A stretch of 64,000 nucleotides of DNA from an uncultured bacterium (GCA_963780225.1 CAWAAX010000004.1:128001-192000); one strand, 5' to 3'; shown: positions 1 to 14,527, counted from the stretch's first letter. Numbers and translations are program-made. The notes: generated by a model not told the origin, from the sequence alone.

Positions 1-67
1 GATGGTCACCATCTTCGGCCGGACCACCCCGGTGGAACTGGATTTCATACAGATCAACGAAATATAA
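1..67 (+). CDS. nusG: transcription factor NusG, 3' end (partial)
   Basis: Frame from base 2 reads MVTIFGRTTPVELDFIQINEI-stop, the NusG KOW C-terminus; directly upstream of rplK. Confidence 0.95.
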   Translation, partial: MVTIFGRTTPVELDFIQINEI

Positions 68-155
68 ATCTTCAGGCGCCCCGGCGTTCCATATATAAAA
101 AGGAACTGCTTCTGCCCGGACGTCAAGTATTTAAAAAAAAGAGAGATAAACCCTT

Positions 156-581
156 ATGGCAAAAATAGTATCCGCCCTGGTAAAACTGCAGATCCCGGCC
201 GGGCAGGCCAATCCTGCACCCCCGGTAGGGCCGGCCTTGGGCCAGCACGGAGCCAACATCCCGGAATTCTGCAAACAGTTCAACGCCCGCACCCAGGGAC
301 AGGACGGGCTGATCATTCCCTGCCTGATCACCATCTACAAGGACCGGAGCTTCAGCTTCATCCTGAAGACCCCGCCGGCCGCGGTGCTGCTGAAAAAGGC
401 GGCCGGGCTGGCCAAGGGCTCGGGCGTGCCCAACCGCAACAAGGTGGGCAAGGTCACCGAGGCCCAGGTGAAGGAGATCGCCCAGAAGAAAATGGTGGAC
501 CTGAACGCCGCTTCGGTGGAAGCCGCCATGAGGCTGGTAAAGGGAACTGCCCGCAGCATGGGCATCGATATCTCCGGATAG
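156..581 (+). CDS. rplK: 50S ribosomal protein L11
   Basis: [23 protein letters not shown] motif; synteny. Confidence 0.99.
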   Translation: MAKIVSALVKLQIPAGQANPAPPVGPALGQHGANIPEFCKQFNARTQGQDGLIIPCLITIYKDRSFSFILKTPPAAVLLKKAAGLAKGSGVPNRNKVGKVTEAQVKEIAQKKMVDLNAASVEAAMRLVKGTARSMGIDISG

Positions 582-614
582 ACACATTTAAACAGGGCAT
601 ATATAAACATAACG

Positions 615-751
615 CTGGGAGGCGCACCGCCTTGGTTAATGGGCAATTTGAAAAATTGGGAATCGGGGGATTCAGGAACCATAGTCAGGGTTCACAAGTT
701 TTCAAATAACAAATTCCCATGCACCAAGCTAAGGGCGCCGCTTAGAACCAG
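615..751 (+). promoter_or_regulatory. L1-binding autoregulatory RNA upstream of rplA, with an enlarged apical hairpin
   Basis: CTGGGAGGCGC (615-625) ... GCGCCGCTTAGAACCAG (735-751) fits the GGGAG/CCGC L1 target layout; SD AAGGAGG at 753-759 follows. Confidence 0.7.
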
Positions 752-762
752 GAAGGAGGAAA

Positions 763-1464
763 ATGGACCGAGGGAAAAAGTACAATCTGGCAGCCCAGAA
801 AACAGACCTGACCAAGACCTACACCGTGGCCGAAGCAGTGGAGGCGGTAAAGCAGATGGCTTACGCCAAGTTTGACGAGGCTTTTGAGGTCTCGATCAAA
901 ATGGAGCTGGACCCCAAGAAGGCCGATCAGAACCTGCGGGGAACGGTGATCCTGCCCCACGGCACCGGCAAGAAAATGAGGGTGCTGGTGTTTGCCAAGG
1001 GCGAAAAGGAAGCCGAAGCCACAGCGGCCGGGGCCGATTTCGCCGGCAGCGACGACCTGATCAAGAAGGTTTCCGAAGGCTGGACCGATTTTGACGTGGC
1101 CATAGCCACTCCGGACATGATGAGCCAGGTGGGCCGGCTGGGCAAGATTCTGGGGGTGCGGGGGCTGATGCCCAACCCCAAGACCGGGACCGTGACCTTT
1201 GATCTGGCCAAGGCGGTCAAGGAAGCCAAGGCCGGAAAGATAGAATACCGGGTGGACAAGAACTCCAACCTCCATGTGGCGGTGGGGAAGAAATCATTCG
1301 ACAACGCCAAACTGGTGGATAACATCAATACGCTGCTGTCCGAGATAGTCAAGGCCAGGCCGTCATCGCTCAAGGGCACTTACATCCAAAGCGTATCCAT
1401 TTCCTCCACCATGAGCCCGGGGGTCAGGGTCGCCCTTACCGAACTGTCGGCTTTAGGAAAGTGA
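763..1464 (+). CDS. rplA: 50S ribosomal protein L1
   Basis: LPHGTGK and [12 protein letters not shown] motifs. Confidence 0.99.
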   Translation: MDRGKKYNLAAQKTDLTKTYTVAEAVEAVKQMAYAKFDEAFEVSIKMELDPKKADQNLRGTVILPHGTGKKMRVLVFAKGEKEAEATAAGADFAGSDDLIKKVSEGWTDFDVAIATPDMMSQVGRLGKILGVRGLMPNPKTGTVTFDLAKAVKEAKAGKIEYRVDKNSNLHVAVGKKSFDNAKLVDNINTLLSEIVKARPSSLKGTYIQSVSISSTMSPGVRVALTELSALGK

Positions 1465-1474
1465 GATTATAAAA

Positions 1475-1999
1475 ATGCCAAAAACAGATAAAGAACAAAA
1501 GGTCCTGGAACTGACCGAGAAAATGAAGACCGCCAAATCGGTCTATCTTACCGATTTTACCGGTCTGAACGTTCCCCAGGCCACCGAACTTCGCAAAAAA
1601 CTGCGGGAAGCCTCGGTGGAATACCGGGTGGCCAAGAACACCCTGGCCAAGCTGGCCGCCAAGAACGCCGGCTACGAGATGCTGGCCGACTACCTGACCG
1701 GGCCCACCGGGCTGGCCTTCGGACTGAAAGACGCCATCATCCCGGCCAAGATCCTGACCGAGTTCGCCAAGGAGGGCAACAAGCCCACGGTCAAGATCGG
1801 CCTGATCGAAGGCAAGGTGGTCAGTCCCAGCGAGGTCAAACAGCTGGCCCTGCTTCCTTCCCGGGAAGTGCTTCTCTCCATGGTGCTGGCCGGGCTCCAG
1901 GCTCCCATCGCCTCGTTTGTCGGGGTCCTGGGCGGAGTGCTGCAGAAAATAGTGGGCACGGTGGACGCCATCGCCAAGCAAAAGGAAGCCCAGTCCTAA
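1475..1999 (+). CDS. rplJ: 50S ribosomal protein L10
   Basis: ELRKKLRE...VAKNTL, LPSREVLL; synteny. Confidence 0.98.
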   Translation: MPKTDKEQKVLELTEKMKTAKSVYLTDFTGLNVPQATELRKKLREASVEYRVAKNTLAKLAAKNAGYEMLADYLTGPTGLAFGLKDAIIPAKILTEFAKEGNKPTVKIGLIEGKVVSPSEVKQLALLPSREVLLSMVLAGLQAPIASFVGVLGGVLQKIVGTVDAIAKQKEAQS

Positions 2000-2153
2000 A
2001 AACAGGTTCCCTTAATAAAAACAATACCACCGCCTATGGCGGGGTGCCGCTCAACTACGCTTATAAGTAATAGCAAACATAAAAGCTTCGTCGCGTAAAC
2101 TACGGCGGCAAAACCGAAAATAAATCAAAGAGCAAATAAAGGAGCAAAAGGAA

Positions 2154-2528
2154 ATGTCGGACAAGAAACAAGTCGTAATGGAAGCCATCGAGCAGATGAC
2201 GGTGCTGGAGCTGGCTGAGCTGGTCAAGTCCCTGGAAGAAAAATTCGGCGTCAAGGCCGCCGCCCCGGTGGCCGCAGCCGCAGCCGGCGGAGCCGCCGCC
2301 GCCCCGGCCGAGGAGAAGACCTCCTTTGACGTGGTGCTGGTCTCCGGCGGAGAAAAGAAGATCCAGGTGATCAAGGAAGTCCGCGGAATCACCAACCTGG
2401 GCCTCAAGGAAGCCAAGGACCTGGTGGAAAGCGCTCCCAAGCCGGTCAAAGAGGGCGTGACCAAGGACGAGGCCCAGAAGATCAAGACCACCTTGGAAGC
2501 GGCCGGAGCCGTAGTGGAACTCAAGTAA
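2154..2528 (+). CDS. rplL: 50S ribosomal protein L7/L12
   Basis: Ala-rich hinge, [10 protein letters not shown]. Confidence 0.99.
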   Translation: MSDKKQVVMEAIEQMTVLELAELVKSLEEKFGVKAAAPVAAAAAGGAAAAPAEEKTSFDVVLVSGGEKKIQVIKEVRGITNLGLKEAKDLVESAPKPVKEGVTKDEAQKIKTTLEAAGAVVELK

Positions 2529-2574
2529 AAACCTGCATTCTTAATAATATCCGGTAAAAACATAGCCAAACTTT

Positions 2575-2688
2575 TTGCGGCAGTGGTTGCCGCAAGAAAG
2601 ATATAGATCTTGAACGGCGTTTGAGGGGGCCATCTGCGGCTGCGGTGCTGCGGAAACATTTAAAGGCTCCGTCAAACGCTGCTTTTTT
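2575..2688 (+). promoter_or_regulatory. structured rplL-rpoB spacer, possible attenuator/terminator
   Basis: IR TTGCGGCA/TGCCGCAA at 2575-2595; IR GCGTTTGAGGGGGCC (2617-2631) / GGCTCCGTCAAACGC (2665-2679) followed by a T run. Confidence 0.45.
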
Positions 2689-2817
2689 GGCGGCCGTGCA
2701 TTGCTTTAATCATCAGACAAATGCAGCGGCCACCTGCTTTTTTACCCGCCGTCCGGGCTGATCCAGATCTGACATCGGTTATTTATTCCAGACACCCCTT
2801 TAATCAAGGAGGTTATT

Positions 2818-5800
2818 TTGAAACCGGTCAAAAGAAAAGATTATTCCAAAATAAAGTCGGGGATCCAGCTGCCCAACATGCTGGACATGCAGCTCAATTC
2901 CTACAAGGACTTTTTGCAGGAGCATCAGGCTCCGGAAAAACGCAAGAACGAAGGGTTGCAGTCGGTATTCAACGAGATATTTCCCATCGAGGACGCCCAG
3001 AACCGGATGGCGATGGATTTCATCTCCTACGGCCTGGGCAAGCCCCGCTATTCCATCTCCGAATGCCACGACCGCGACATGACCTACGCCGCCCCGCTGA
3101 AGTCCATCCTTAGGCTTTCGCTTAAGGATCCCAGCGATCCCAAGAGCAAGCCCAAGGAAGTGGTGGAAAAGGAGGTCTTCCTGGGCGAAGTGCCGCTGAT
3201 GACCGAGACCGGCACCTTCGTGATCAACGGAGCCGAGCGGGTGGTGGTCAGCCAGCTGCACCGCTCTCCCGGGGCCTTCTTCGCCGAAAAAAGCCATCCT
3301 TCGGGAAAAAGGATCTACACCGCCGAGATCATTCCCTACCGCGGTTCCTGGCTTAAGCTGACCCTGGACCCCAACGATCTGCTGTGGGTCTCCATCGACA
3401 AGCACCGCAAGTTCCACGCCACCCTGCTGCTGCGGGCGGTGGGCTATGCCACCAACAAGGCCCTGCTTTCCCTTTACCACCAGCCGGAGACCATCTCCCT
3501 GGCCGGTGAAAAGCAGGCCCTGGACCGCTATCTTTTCAGCGACGTCAGCGCCCCCAAGACCGGCGAAGTGCTGGCCGAGGCCGGGCACAAGATAACCCCC
3601 GAGATCCTGGCCACCCTCAAGCTGTCCAAGGTGGAAAAGGTGGAGGTGGTGGCCATCGATCCGGTCAAGGACCCGGCCATCATTCCCCGCACCATGCTGG
3701 CCGACAACAACAAGGGCTCCAAGGAGGACGCCCTCTCCAAGATCTACAACATCCTTCACCCCGGAGACGCCATCAACCCCGAGCTCTCCAAGGCGGTGAT
3801 CGAAAAGATGTTCTTTGACCGCAAGCGCTACGACCTGAAGAAGGTGGGCCGCTACCAGCTGAACAAAAGGCTGGGGCAGGAAATCTCCACCGCCAACGTG
3901 CTGGGGCCAAAGGATTTTGTGGAAGTGGTCCGCTACCTGCTGTCCTTAAGAATGAACCAGGGCGAAGTGGACGACATCGATCATCTGGGCAACCGCCGGA
4001 TCTTACGGGTCGGCGAGCTGGTCTCCAACCAGTTCTCGGCCGCGCTCTCCCGGATGGCCCGGATGACCCGGGAGCGGATGGCCATGTGGGACGGACAGGG
4101 TTCCATCACCCCCCAGGACCTGGTCAACTCCCGCATCATCTCCTCCACCGTCAACAGCTTTTTCAGCTCCTCCCAGCTGTCCCAGTTCCTGGACCAGCCC
4201 AACCCGCTGGCCGAGCTGCGGCACAAGCGGCGCCTTTCGGCGCTGGGACCAGGCGGCCTGACCCGGGAACGGGCCGGGTTCGAGGTCCGCGACGTGCATT
4301 ACACACACTACGGCCGGATGTGCCCCATCGAGACCCCGGAAGGACCCAACATCGGGCTGATCGCATCCCTGGCCTGCTTTGCCCGGGTGAACGAGCTGGG
4401 CTTTCTGGAAACTCCCTACCGCAAGCTTAAGAACGGCAAGCTGACCGGTGAGGTGGACTACCTCTCGGCCAACGAGGAGGACCAGTTCACCATCGCCCAG
4501 GCCAACACCCCGGTGGACGACGGCGGGAAGATCCTGGGAGAACAGGCCCTGAGCCGCTACCGCGAGACCTTTCCCCGGGCCAAGGCCCAGGAGGTCCACT
4601 ACATGGACGTTTCTCCCCAGCAGCTGGTGAGCCTTTCGGCCGCCTTGATCCCCTTCCTGGAGCATGACGACGCCAACCGGGCCCTGATGGGCTCCAACAT
4701 GCAGTGCCAGGCGGTCCCCCTGCTTAAGCCCCAGTCGCCGGTGGTGGGCACCGGGCTGGAGGGCAAGGCGGCGGTGGATTCCGGGACCATGGTGCTCTGC
4801 AAGCGGGACGGGGTGGTGGAAAAGGTCACCGCCGACTGCGTCTTCATCCGGCCGGCCAAGACCGACATCGCCGAGGTGGATTTCCTGAAGGACAGCCAGT
4901 ACGACGTTTATCATCTTACCAAGTTCCGCCGCTCCAACCAGGACACCTGTCTAAACCACAAGCCCATAGTCCGCGAGGGAGAGGCCGTCAAGAAGGGCGA
5001 GGTCATCGCCGACGGCTCATCCACCGAGGGGGGCGAGCTGGCTCTGGGCATCAACTGCCTGGTGGGCTTTTTGCCCTGGTCGGGCTTCAATTTCGAGGAC
5101 GCCATCATCATCTCCGACAAGATGGTCCAGGACGACAAGTTCACCTCGGTCCACATCGAGAATTTCGAGTGCTTTGTGCGGGACACCAAGCGGGGGCCGG
5201 AAGAGGTTACCAGGGAGATCCCCAACGTGGGCGAGGAGGCGGTGAAGGACCTGGACGAGAACGGCATCATCCGCATCGGCGCCCGGGTGGAGGCCGGCGA
5301 CATCCTGGTGGGCAAGGTGACCCCCAAGGGCGAGACCGAGCCCACCCCCGAGGAAAAACTGCTCCGGGCCATCTTCGGCGACAAGGCCGGGGACTTCAAG
5401 GACACCTCGCTCAAGGCGCCTCCGGGCATGGACGGGATAGTCTGCGACGTCAAGGTCTTCTCCCGCAAGAGTCAGGACCGAAGGAGCAGCCAAGAGGAAA
5501 AACGCAAGATTGAAGAGATGCAGAAGGAGGCCCGGAAGCGTTCCGAACGGATCAAGAACGAGCGCGACCGCCGGATCCGGGAACTGCTGCTGGACCAGCC
5601 CTGCAACCAGACCCTGAAGGACGGGGAAAAACTGCTGGCCCGCAAGGGGCAGCGCCTGTCGGAAGCGGTGCTGGACGAGATAAAATTTGAAAGGACCCCC
5701 CTGGAGGACCTGGCCCAGATCTGCGAAGATCCTGCGTTGGGAGCCAAGGCCGTCAAGCTGATGGATTCGGCCCGCAAGGCCATCGAAGCCGTGCAGTATG

Positions 5801-6588
5801 AACTGCAGATCGAAAAGGAAAAAGTGGAGCGGGGCGACGAGCTCCCGGCCGACGTCATCAAGCTGGTCAAGGTCTTCGTCTCCCGCAAGCGCAAGCTGAT
5901 GGTGGGCGACAAGCTGGCCGGACGGCACGGCAACAAGGGCGTGCTGGCCAGGATCGTGCCCGAGGAGGACATGCCCTACCTGGCCGACGGCCGGCCCCTG
6001 GACATGATCCTGAACCCGCTGGGCGTGCCTTCGCGCATGAACCTGGGACAGGTGCTGGAGACCCATCTGGGATGGGCCGCCCAGATCCTGGGCTTCAAGG
6101 TGGCCACCCCCATCTTCGACGGGGCCAACATCGCCGAGATTCAGTCCGAGATGAAACTGGCTGGCCTGCCCGAACACGGCAAGGTCACCCTCTATGACGG
6201 CCGGAACGGACAGTCGTTCGACGAGCCGGTGACGGTGGGCGTGATGTACATGCTCAAGCTATCCCACCTGGTGGACGACAAGATCCACGCCCGGTCAATC
6301 GGGCCCTATTCCCTTATCACCCAGCAGCCCCTGGGAGGCAAGGCCCATTTCGGCGGCCAGCGTTTCGGGGAGATGGAGGTCTGGGCCCTGGAATCATACG
6401 GGGCGGCCTACACCCTGCAGGAGATACTGACCGTCAAGTCCGATGATGTCCAGGGAAGACAGCGGGTCTACGAGGCCATCGTCAAGGGAGACAACCTGCC
6501 CGAGCCCGGCACCCCGGCCTGCTTTGAGGTGCTGGTAAACGAACTGAGGGGCCTGTGCCTGGACGTTCAATTGTATAAGGAGGACTAA
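2818..6588 (+). CDS. rpoB: RNA polymerase beta subunit
   Basis: GDKLAGRHGNKG, GGQRFGEME; TTG start after AAGGAGG. Confidence 0.99.
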   Translation: MKPVKRKDYSKIKSGIQLPNMLDMQLNSYKDFLQEHQAPEKRKNEGLQSVFNEIFPIEDAQNRMAMDFISYGLGKPRYSISECHDRDMTYAAPLKSILRLSLKDPSDPKSKPKEVVEKEVFLGEVPLMTETGTFVINGAERVVVSQLHRSPGAFFAEKSHPSGKRIYTAEIIPYRGSWLKLTLDPNDLLWVSIDKHRKFHATLLLRAVGYATNKALLSLYHQPETISLAGEKQALDRYLFSDVSAPKTGEVLAEAGHKITPEILATLKLSKVEKVEVVAIDPVKDPAIIPRTMLADNNKGSKEDALSKIYNILHPGDAINPELSKAVIEKMFFDRKRYDLKKVGRYQLNKRLGQEISTANVLGPKDFVEVVRYLLSLRMNQGEVDDIDHLGNRRILRVGELVSNQFSAALSRMARMTRERMAMWDGQGSITPQDLVNSRIISSTVNSFFSSSQLSQFLDQPNPLAELRHKRRLSALGPGGLTRERAGFEVRDVHYTHYGRMCPIETPEGPNIGLIASLACFARVNELGFLETPYRKLKNGKLTGEVDYLSANEEDQFTIAQANTPVDDGGKILGEQALSRYRETFPRAKAQEVHYMDVSPQQLVSLSAALIPFLEHDDANRALMGSNMQCQAVPLLKPQSPVVGTGLEGKAAVDSGTMVLCKRDGVVEKVTADCVFIRPAKTDIAEVDFLKDSQYDVYHLTKFRRSNQDTCLNHKPIVREGEAVKKGEVIADGSSTEGGELALGINCLVGFLPWSGFNFEDAIIISDKMVQDDKFTSVHIENFECFVRDTKRGPEEVTREIPNVGEEAVKDLDENGIIRIGARVEAGDILVGKVTPKGETEPTPEEKLLRAIFGDKAGDFKDTSLKAPPGMDGIVCDVKVFSRKSQDRRSSQEEKRKIEEMQKEARKRSERIKNERDRRIRELLLDQPCNQTLKDGEKLLARKGQRLSEAVLDEIKFERTPLEDLAQICEDPALGAKAVKLMDSARKAIEAVQYELQIEKEKVERGDELPADVIKLVKVFVSRKRKLMVGDKLAGRHGNKGVLARIVPEEDMPYLADGRPLDMILNPLGVPSRMNLGQVLETHLGWAAQILGFKVATPIFDGANIAEIQSEMKLAGLPEHGKVTLYDGRNGQSFDEPVTVGVMYMLKLSHLVDDKIHARSIGPYSLITQQPLGGKAHFGGQRFGEMEVWALESYGAAYTLQEILTVKSDDVQGRQRVYEAIVKGDNLPEPGTPACFEVLVNELRGLCLDVQLYKED

Positions 6589-6591
6589 GCG

Positions 6592-10650
<4,059 letters not shown>

Positions 10651-10672
10651 AAAATATTTTAATTTGGATAAG

Positions 10673-10722
10673 AAACCCCGCTGATCACTGAGCTTTGTCG
10701 AAGTGCGGCGGGGTTTGCTTTT
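10673..10722 (+). terminator. rpoC intrinsic terminator whose loop holds a CACTGAGC-NNN-GTCGAAGTG element
   Basis: AAACCCCGC/GCGGGGTTT stem, then GCTTTT. Confidence 0.75.
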
Positions 10723-10803
10723 GACGATAATTTAGCTATCAATATAAACGGTTTTTGTCATCGCTTGGCTGTACAATAAGAAAAACATAAAATGACATAT
10801 GTA

Positions 10804-10838
10804 TGAACTTGAGGTCGCAATTTACGATCTCAAGTTCA
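10804..10838. repeat. 35-bp imperfect palindrome; + frame reads MNLRSQFTISS (ORF6N-like motif)
   Basis: TGAACTTGAGGTCGCAA-T-TTACGATCTCAAGTTCA, 15/17 arm match. Confidence 0.8.
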
Positions 10839-11006
10839 GGAGTGTTCATAGCTGGTCCGGCCATGCGCTTCTAATTAATAGGATATCTTTTTACTTGCAT
10901 TTGTCCGCCGGACTGGTGTATTCTTATTGAAACCGGGACGATAAGTTCCGGGCAGTTTAAGATGAAGTTTAACAGCATGACAGTTCAAAACCCCGGAGAT
11001 GGATCC

Positions 11007-11825
11007 ATGGAAAACACAAAAATTGCGACATTTAAGGGAAAGCAGGTCCGAAAAACCCTGTTTCAAAAGGAATGGTGGTTTGTGGTGGAAGATGTTGTTT
11101 TGGCTCTCATCGATTCAAACGACCCCAAACAATATATCCAACGAATGAAACAGCGCGATCCCGAACTGTCCAAGGGGTGGGTACAAATTGTACATACCCT
11201 TGACGTGCCGACAGAAGGCGGGAAGCAAAAAATGCTCTGCGCCAATACCGAGGGCATTTTCCGCATCATCCAGTCAGTCCCCTCGCCCAAGGCCGAGCCG
11301 TTCAAACGCTGGTTGGCCAAGGTTGGTTACGAACGGGTGCAGGAGATAGAGAACCCGGAGCTGGCGGCCAAACGGACCAGGATGCTCTACCAGCTTAAAG
11401 GATATCCCGATGGCTGGATCGAAAAAAGGATGCGGGGCATTGCCATCCGGGAAGAGCTGACCGATGAATGGAAGAAAAGGGATGCCCAAAGGGAAAAGGA
11501 CTACGAAATCCTGACGGCCGAAATATCAAAAGCCACTTTCGGAGTAACCCCCAGCCAGTACAAAAAATTGAAAGGGCTTAAGCGGCAGAACCTGCGGGAC
11601 CACATGGATGATTTTGAACTGATATTTACCATGTTGGGCGAAAGGTCAACCACCGAAATACACCGCCAGGAAGATTCCCGAGGTCTGCCAAAACTAAGAC
11701 AGGATGCGGGCCGGGGCGGGAAGGTAGCCGGGACAGCCAGAAAAGAGCTGGAAAAAGAACTGGGGCGGACGGTGGTATCCAAAGGTAACTACCTGCCCAA
11801 ATTCCATAGAAAGAAATTAAAATAA
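11007..11825 (+). CDS. BRO-N (phage antirepressor-like) domain protein
   Basis: EWWFVVEDVV, FRIIQSVPSPKAEPFKRWLA, GLKRQNLRDHM; ATG 11007 follows GGAG (alternative start 10962). Confidence 0.9.
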   Translation: MENTKIATFKGKQVRKTLFQKEWWFVVEDVVLALIDSNDPKQYIQRMKQRDPELSKGWVQIVHTLDVPTEGGKQKMLCANTEGIFRIIQSVPSPKAEPFKRWLAKVGYERVQEIENPELAAKRTRMLYQLKGYPDGWIEKRMRGIAIREELTDEWKKRDAQREKDYEILTAEISKATFGVTPSQYKKLKGLKRQNLRDHMDDFELIFTMLGERSTTEIHRQEDSRGLPKLRQDAGRGGKVAGTARKELEKELGRTVVSKGNYLPKFHRKKLK

Positions 11826-11863
11826 CGGGCGGTTGTTCTAATCTCTGGAATATCCAACGGCGG

Positions 11864-11930
11864 CCGGGATCCGGCGCTACCGCAACTTCAAGATCGAGGA
11901 GGAGCAACCCCAGGAACAGCAGGCAGAGAA
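11864..11930 (+). repeat. direct repeat copy 2: orphan rpoC 3' end (att-like scar)
   Basis: Encodes [21 protein letters not shown] with no start codon. Confidence 0.95.
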
Positions 11931-11953
11931 TAAATATTTCCATATTCAACCCA

Positions 11954-11999
11954 CAAGCCCCGCCGGACACTGAGCAAAGTCGAAGTGTAGCGGGGCTTG
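11954..11999 (+). terminator. diverged copy of the rpoC terminator hairpin
   Basis: CAAGCCCCGC/GCGGGGCTTG stem enclosing CACTGAGCAAAGTCGAAGTG. Confidence 0.65.
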
Positions 12000-12040
12000 G
12001 TCATTGGAAAATATTGTCATGCCTGAGGTATATTATCAGA

Positions 12041-12069
12041 TTGACAATGTGATGATTACCTATTATAAT
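12041..12069 (+). promoter_or_regulatory. sigma70 promoter of the R-M operon
   Basis: Perfect TTGACA-N17-TATAAT, 19 bp before the MTase ATG. Confidence 0.85.
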
Positions 12070-12088
12070 CAATAATGGAAAAACCAAT

Positions 12089-13564
12089 ATGACTATATTA
12101 TCTCAAATTGACCAAATACGGATTGAAGCATCAAATGGACTTGATCATGCGACCAAAGTCCATTTGGGCCAATTCCTGACGCCCAGTACGATAGCCAATT
12201 ATATGGCCTCATTATTTCCTGTGGGTAACGAGGCTTCAACGCATCTGCTTGATGCCGGTGCGGGTGTTGGTTCGTTATCAACTGCTTTTTTACATCGATG
12301 GAAGGCTCAGGGATTTTCTTTCAAACATATTGAGGTTACTGCATATGAAATTGATAGCACCCTTCGGAAACATTTAGATAAATCACTGTCAATATTTGCA
12401 AACCCTCACTGTTGCAAAGTTAATATACTTGAACATGATTTTATTGAAGACGCTGCTCATATGCTGGCATTTGGCAATGGACCTCGTTATACTCATGCCA
12501 TACTCAATCCGCCATACAGGAAAATTAATAGCGATTCGCGTCACCGCCACTTACTTCGACAAGTTGGCATAGAAACCGTAAATTTGTATTCTGCGTTTGT
12601 TGCTCTGACAATAGGATTAATGAGGCCTGGTGGCCATATCGTTGCGATAATCCCACGTAGTTTTTGCAACGGTCCGTACTATCGGCCTTTTCGTGATTTA
12701 ATTTTCAAGAAGGCGGCATTAAAACATATTCATCTTTTCACTTCTAGGGATCAGGCGTTTAAAGATGACAAGGTTCTTCAAGAGAATGTTGTTATATTGC
12801 TTGAATGCTCTGCTCGCCAAGGGAATGTAGTTGTATCCACCTCTACAGATGATCAGTTTATTGACTATCACCTTGCTGACCACCAATTTTCAGACATAGT
12901 TAATCCGGGTGATCAAGAAGGATTCATACACATTCCAACCGTACATAACGGATTGAATACGTCATCATCGTTGCCGTTTGATAACACTCTTGCTGACCTT
13001 AATATAGAAGTATCCACTGGCCCGGTGGTGGATTTCCGTGTTGATCAATTTATCACCGATATGCCCTCGTCCCATTCGGTCCCCTTGTTGTATCCTTGTC
13101 ATTTCGGAGAGAAATCGATAGAATGGCCAAAGAATGCATGTAAGAAGCCTAATGCAATAAATTTAACCCCGGAAACAAAAAAGTGGCTATACCCCAATGG
13201 TTATTACACTATGACTCGTAGATTTTCGTCGAAAGAAGAAAAACGAAGGATAGTTGCAAACGTTGTTACCCCAAATATATCTAACTCAAAATACATTGGG
13301 TTTGAAAACCATTTAAATGTATTTCATCATGCCAAGCAAGGTCTTACGGAATTAATTGCTCGTGGATTGGCTGTTTATTTGAACTCGACGCTTATTGATG
13401 AGCATTTCCGTAAATTTAGCGGGCATACACAAGTCAATGCCACTGATCTTAAACAACTCAAATATCCCAGCAGGCTGCTTTTGGAAAAACTTGGCAGATG
13501 GGCAAAGAATCAGCCGCGATTTTCACAAGAATTAATCGATAACGAAATTAAGGACATACTATGA
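12089..13564 (+). CDS. N6-adenine DNA methyltransferase, M.BsuBI/M.PstI-like (Eco57I domain)
   Basis: LGQFLTP, LLDAGAGVG, NPPY, STGPVVDFR, GHTQVNATDL; AT-rich codon usage. Confidence 0.92.
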   Translation: MTILSQIDQIRIEASNGLDHATKVHLGQFLTPSTIANYMASLFPVGNEASTHLLDAGAGVGSLSTAFLHRWKAQGFSFKHIEVTAYEIDSTLRKHLDKSLSIFANPHCCKVNILEHDFIEDAAHMLAFGNGPRYTHAILNPPYRKINSDSRHRHLLRQVGIETVNLYSAFVALTIGLMRPGGHIVAIIPRSFCNGPYYRPFRDLIFKKAALKHIHLFTSRDQAFKDDKVLQENVVILLECSARQGNVVVSTSTDDQFIDYHLADHQFSDIVNPGDQEGFIHIPTVHNGLNTSSSLPFDNTLADLNIEVSTGPVVDFRVDQFITDMPSSHSVPLLYPCHFGEKSIEWPKNACKKPNAINLTPETKKWLYPNGYYTMTRRFSSKEEKRRIVANVVTPNISNSKYIGFENHLNVFHHAKQGLTELIARGLAVYLNSTLIDEHFRKFSGHTQVNATDLKQLKYPSRLLLEKLGRWAKNQPRFSQELIDNEIKDIL

Positions 13565-14502
13565 GACCAATAAGCAATATATCTGCCTCCCTTAAGATTC
13601 TGTCTTCTCTGGGATTGCCTCGTGCCCAACAGAATGAACGTTCCGCTCTTTGTTTGTTGGCCTTGTTGAATCTCTCTCCTGGTAAGAAATGGGCTGAGGC
13701 AGAAAACCCCTTGATTGGCATAACTCCAATAATGGATTGGGCTCGATCTCATTATGGGAAAAAATATAAACCCAATACGCGAGAAACATTTCGGAGACAA
13801 ACAATCCATCAGTTCGTTGCTGCTGGCATTGCTTTGTATAATCCAGATGACGCATCCCGATCCGTTAACAGTCCCAAAGCGGTATATCAAATAGCACCTA
13901 AAATGCTAGTGTTGCTGCGTACCTACGGAGCTTCGAGATGGCCGACTGCATTGGCTGGATATTTATCGCAAAGCAAATCCCTCGCCCAACGTTATGCTAG
14001 TGAACGAGCGTATCAACTTGTTCCCGTTCGGTTGGCGAAGGGCAAGAACATAAAATTAAGCCCTGGGAAGCATAACGAATTAATTAAGGCGATTATTGAG
14101 GAGTTTGCTTCTCGTTTTGTTCCTAGTGGTGTATTAATCTATGCTGGTGACACTGGCAATAAATGGGGCTATTTTGATGAGGAATTTTTGGCTAATTTAG
14201 GTGTTAAGATTGATTCACATGGCAAGATGCCAGATGTGGTATTCTACCATAAAGAAAAGAAGTGGTTGATTCTTGTTGAATCTGTCACCAGCCATGGTCC
14301 AGTGGACAGCAAAAGGCATGAAGAGTTAGCTGCTTTATTTTCAAAATCAAAAGCACCACTTGTATTTATTACATGCTTCCCTAATCGGTCTATAATGGCA
14401 AGGTATCTTGGAGATATAGCATGGGAAACAGAGGTGTGGGTTGCCGATAATCCTTCTCATTTAATACACTTTAATGGTGAGAGATTCCTTGGCCCTTATT
14501 AA
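13561..14502 (+). CDS. type II restriction endonuclease, BsuBI/PstI family
   Basis: YKPNTRETFRRQT, LSPGKHNEL, HGKMPDVV, ESVTSHGP, HLIHFNGERFLGPY; ATGA overlap with the MTase. Confidence 0.93.
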   Translation: MRPISNISASLKILSSLGLPRAQQNERSALCLLALLNLSPGKKWAEAENPLIGITPIMDWARSHYGKKYKPNTRETFRRQTIHQFVAAGIALYNPDDASRSVNSPKAVYQIAPKMLVLLRTYGASRWPTALAGYLSQSKSLAQRYASERAYQLVPVRLAKGKNIKLSPGKHNELIKAIIEEFASRFVPSGVLIYAGDTGNKWGYFDEEFLANLGVKIDSHGKMPDVVFYHKEKKWLILVESVTSHGPVDSKRHEELAALFSKSKAPLVFITCFPNRSIMARYLGDIAWETEVWVADNPSHLIHFNGERFLGPY

Positions 14503-14527
14503 GTTATTAGTTATAGTTTATTCCCTG

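Noticed and set aside
1465..1474. L10 leader upstream of rplJ
   Set aside because: The rplA-rplJ spacer is only 10 bp, leaving no room for the element
12089..14502. CTGCAG avoidance as evidence of R-M specificity
   Set aside because: I saw no site in the R-M genes, but they are short and AT-rich and host genes contain many sites; not informative without counts
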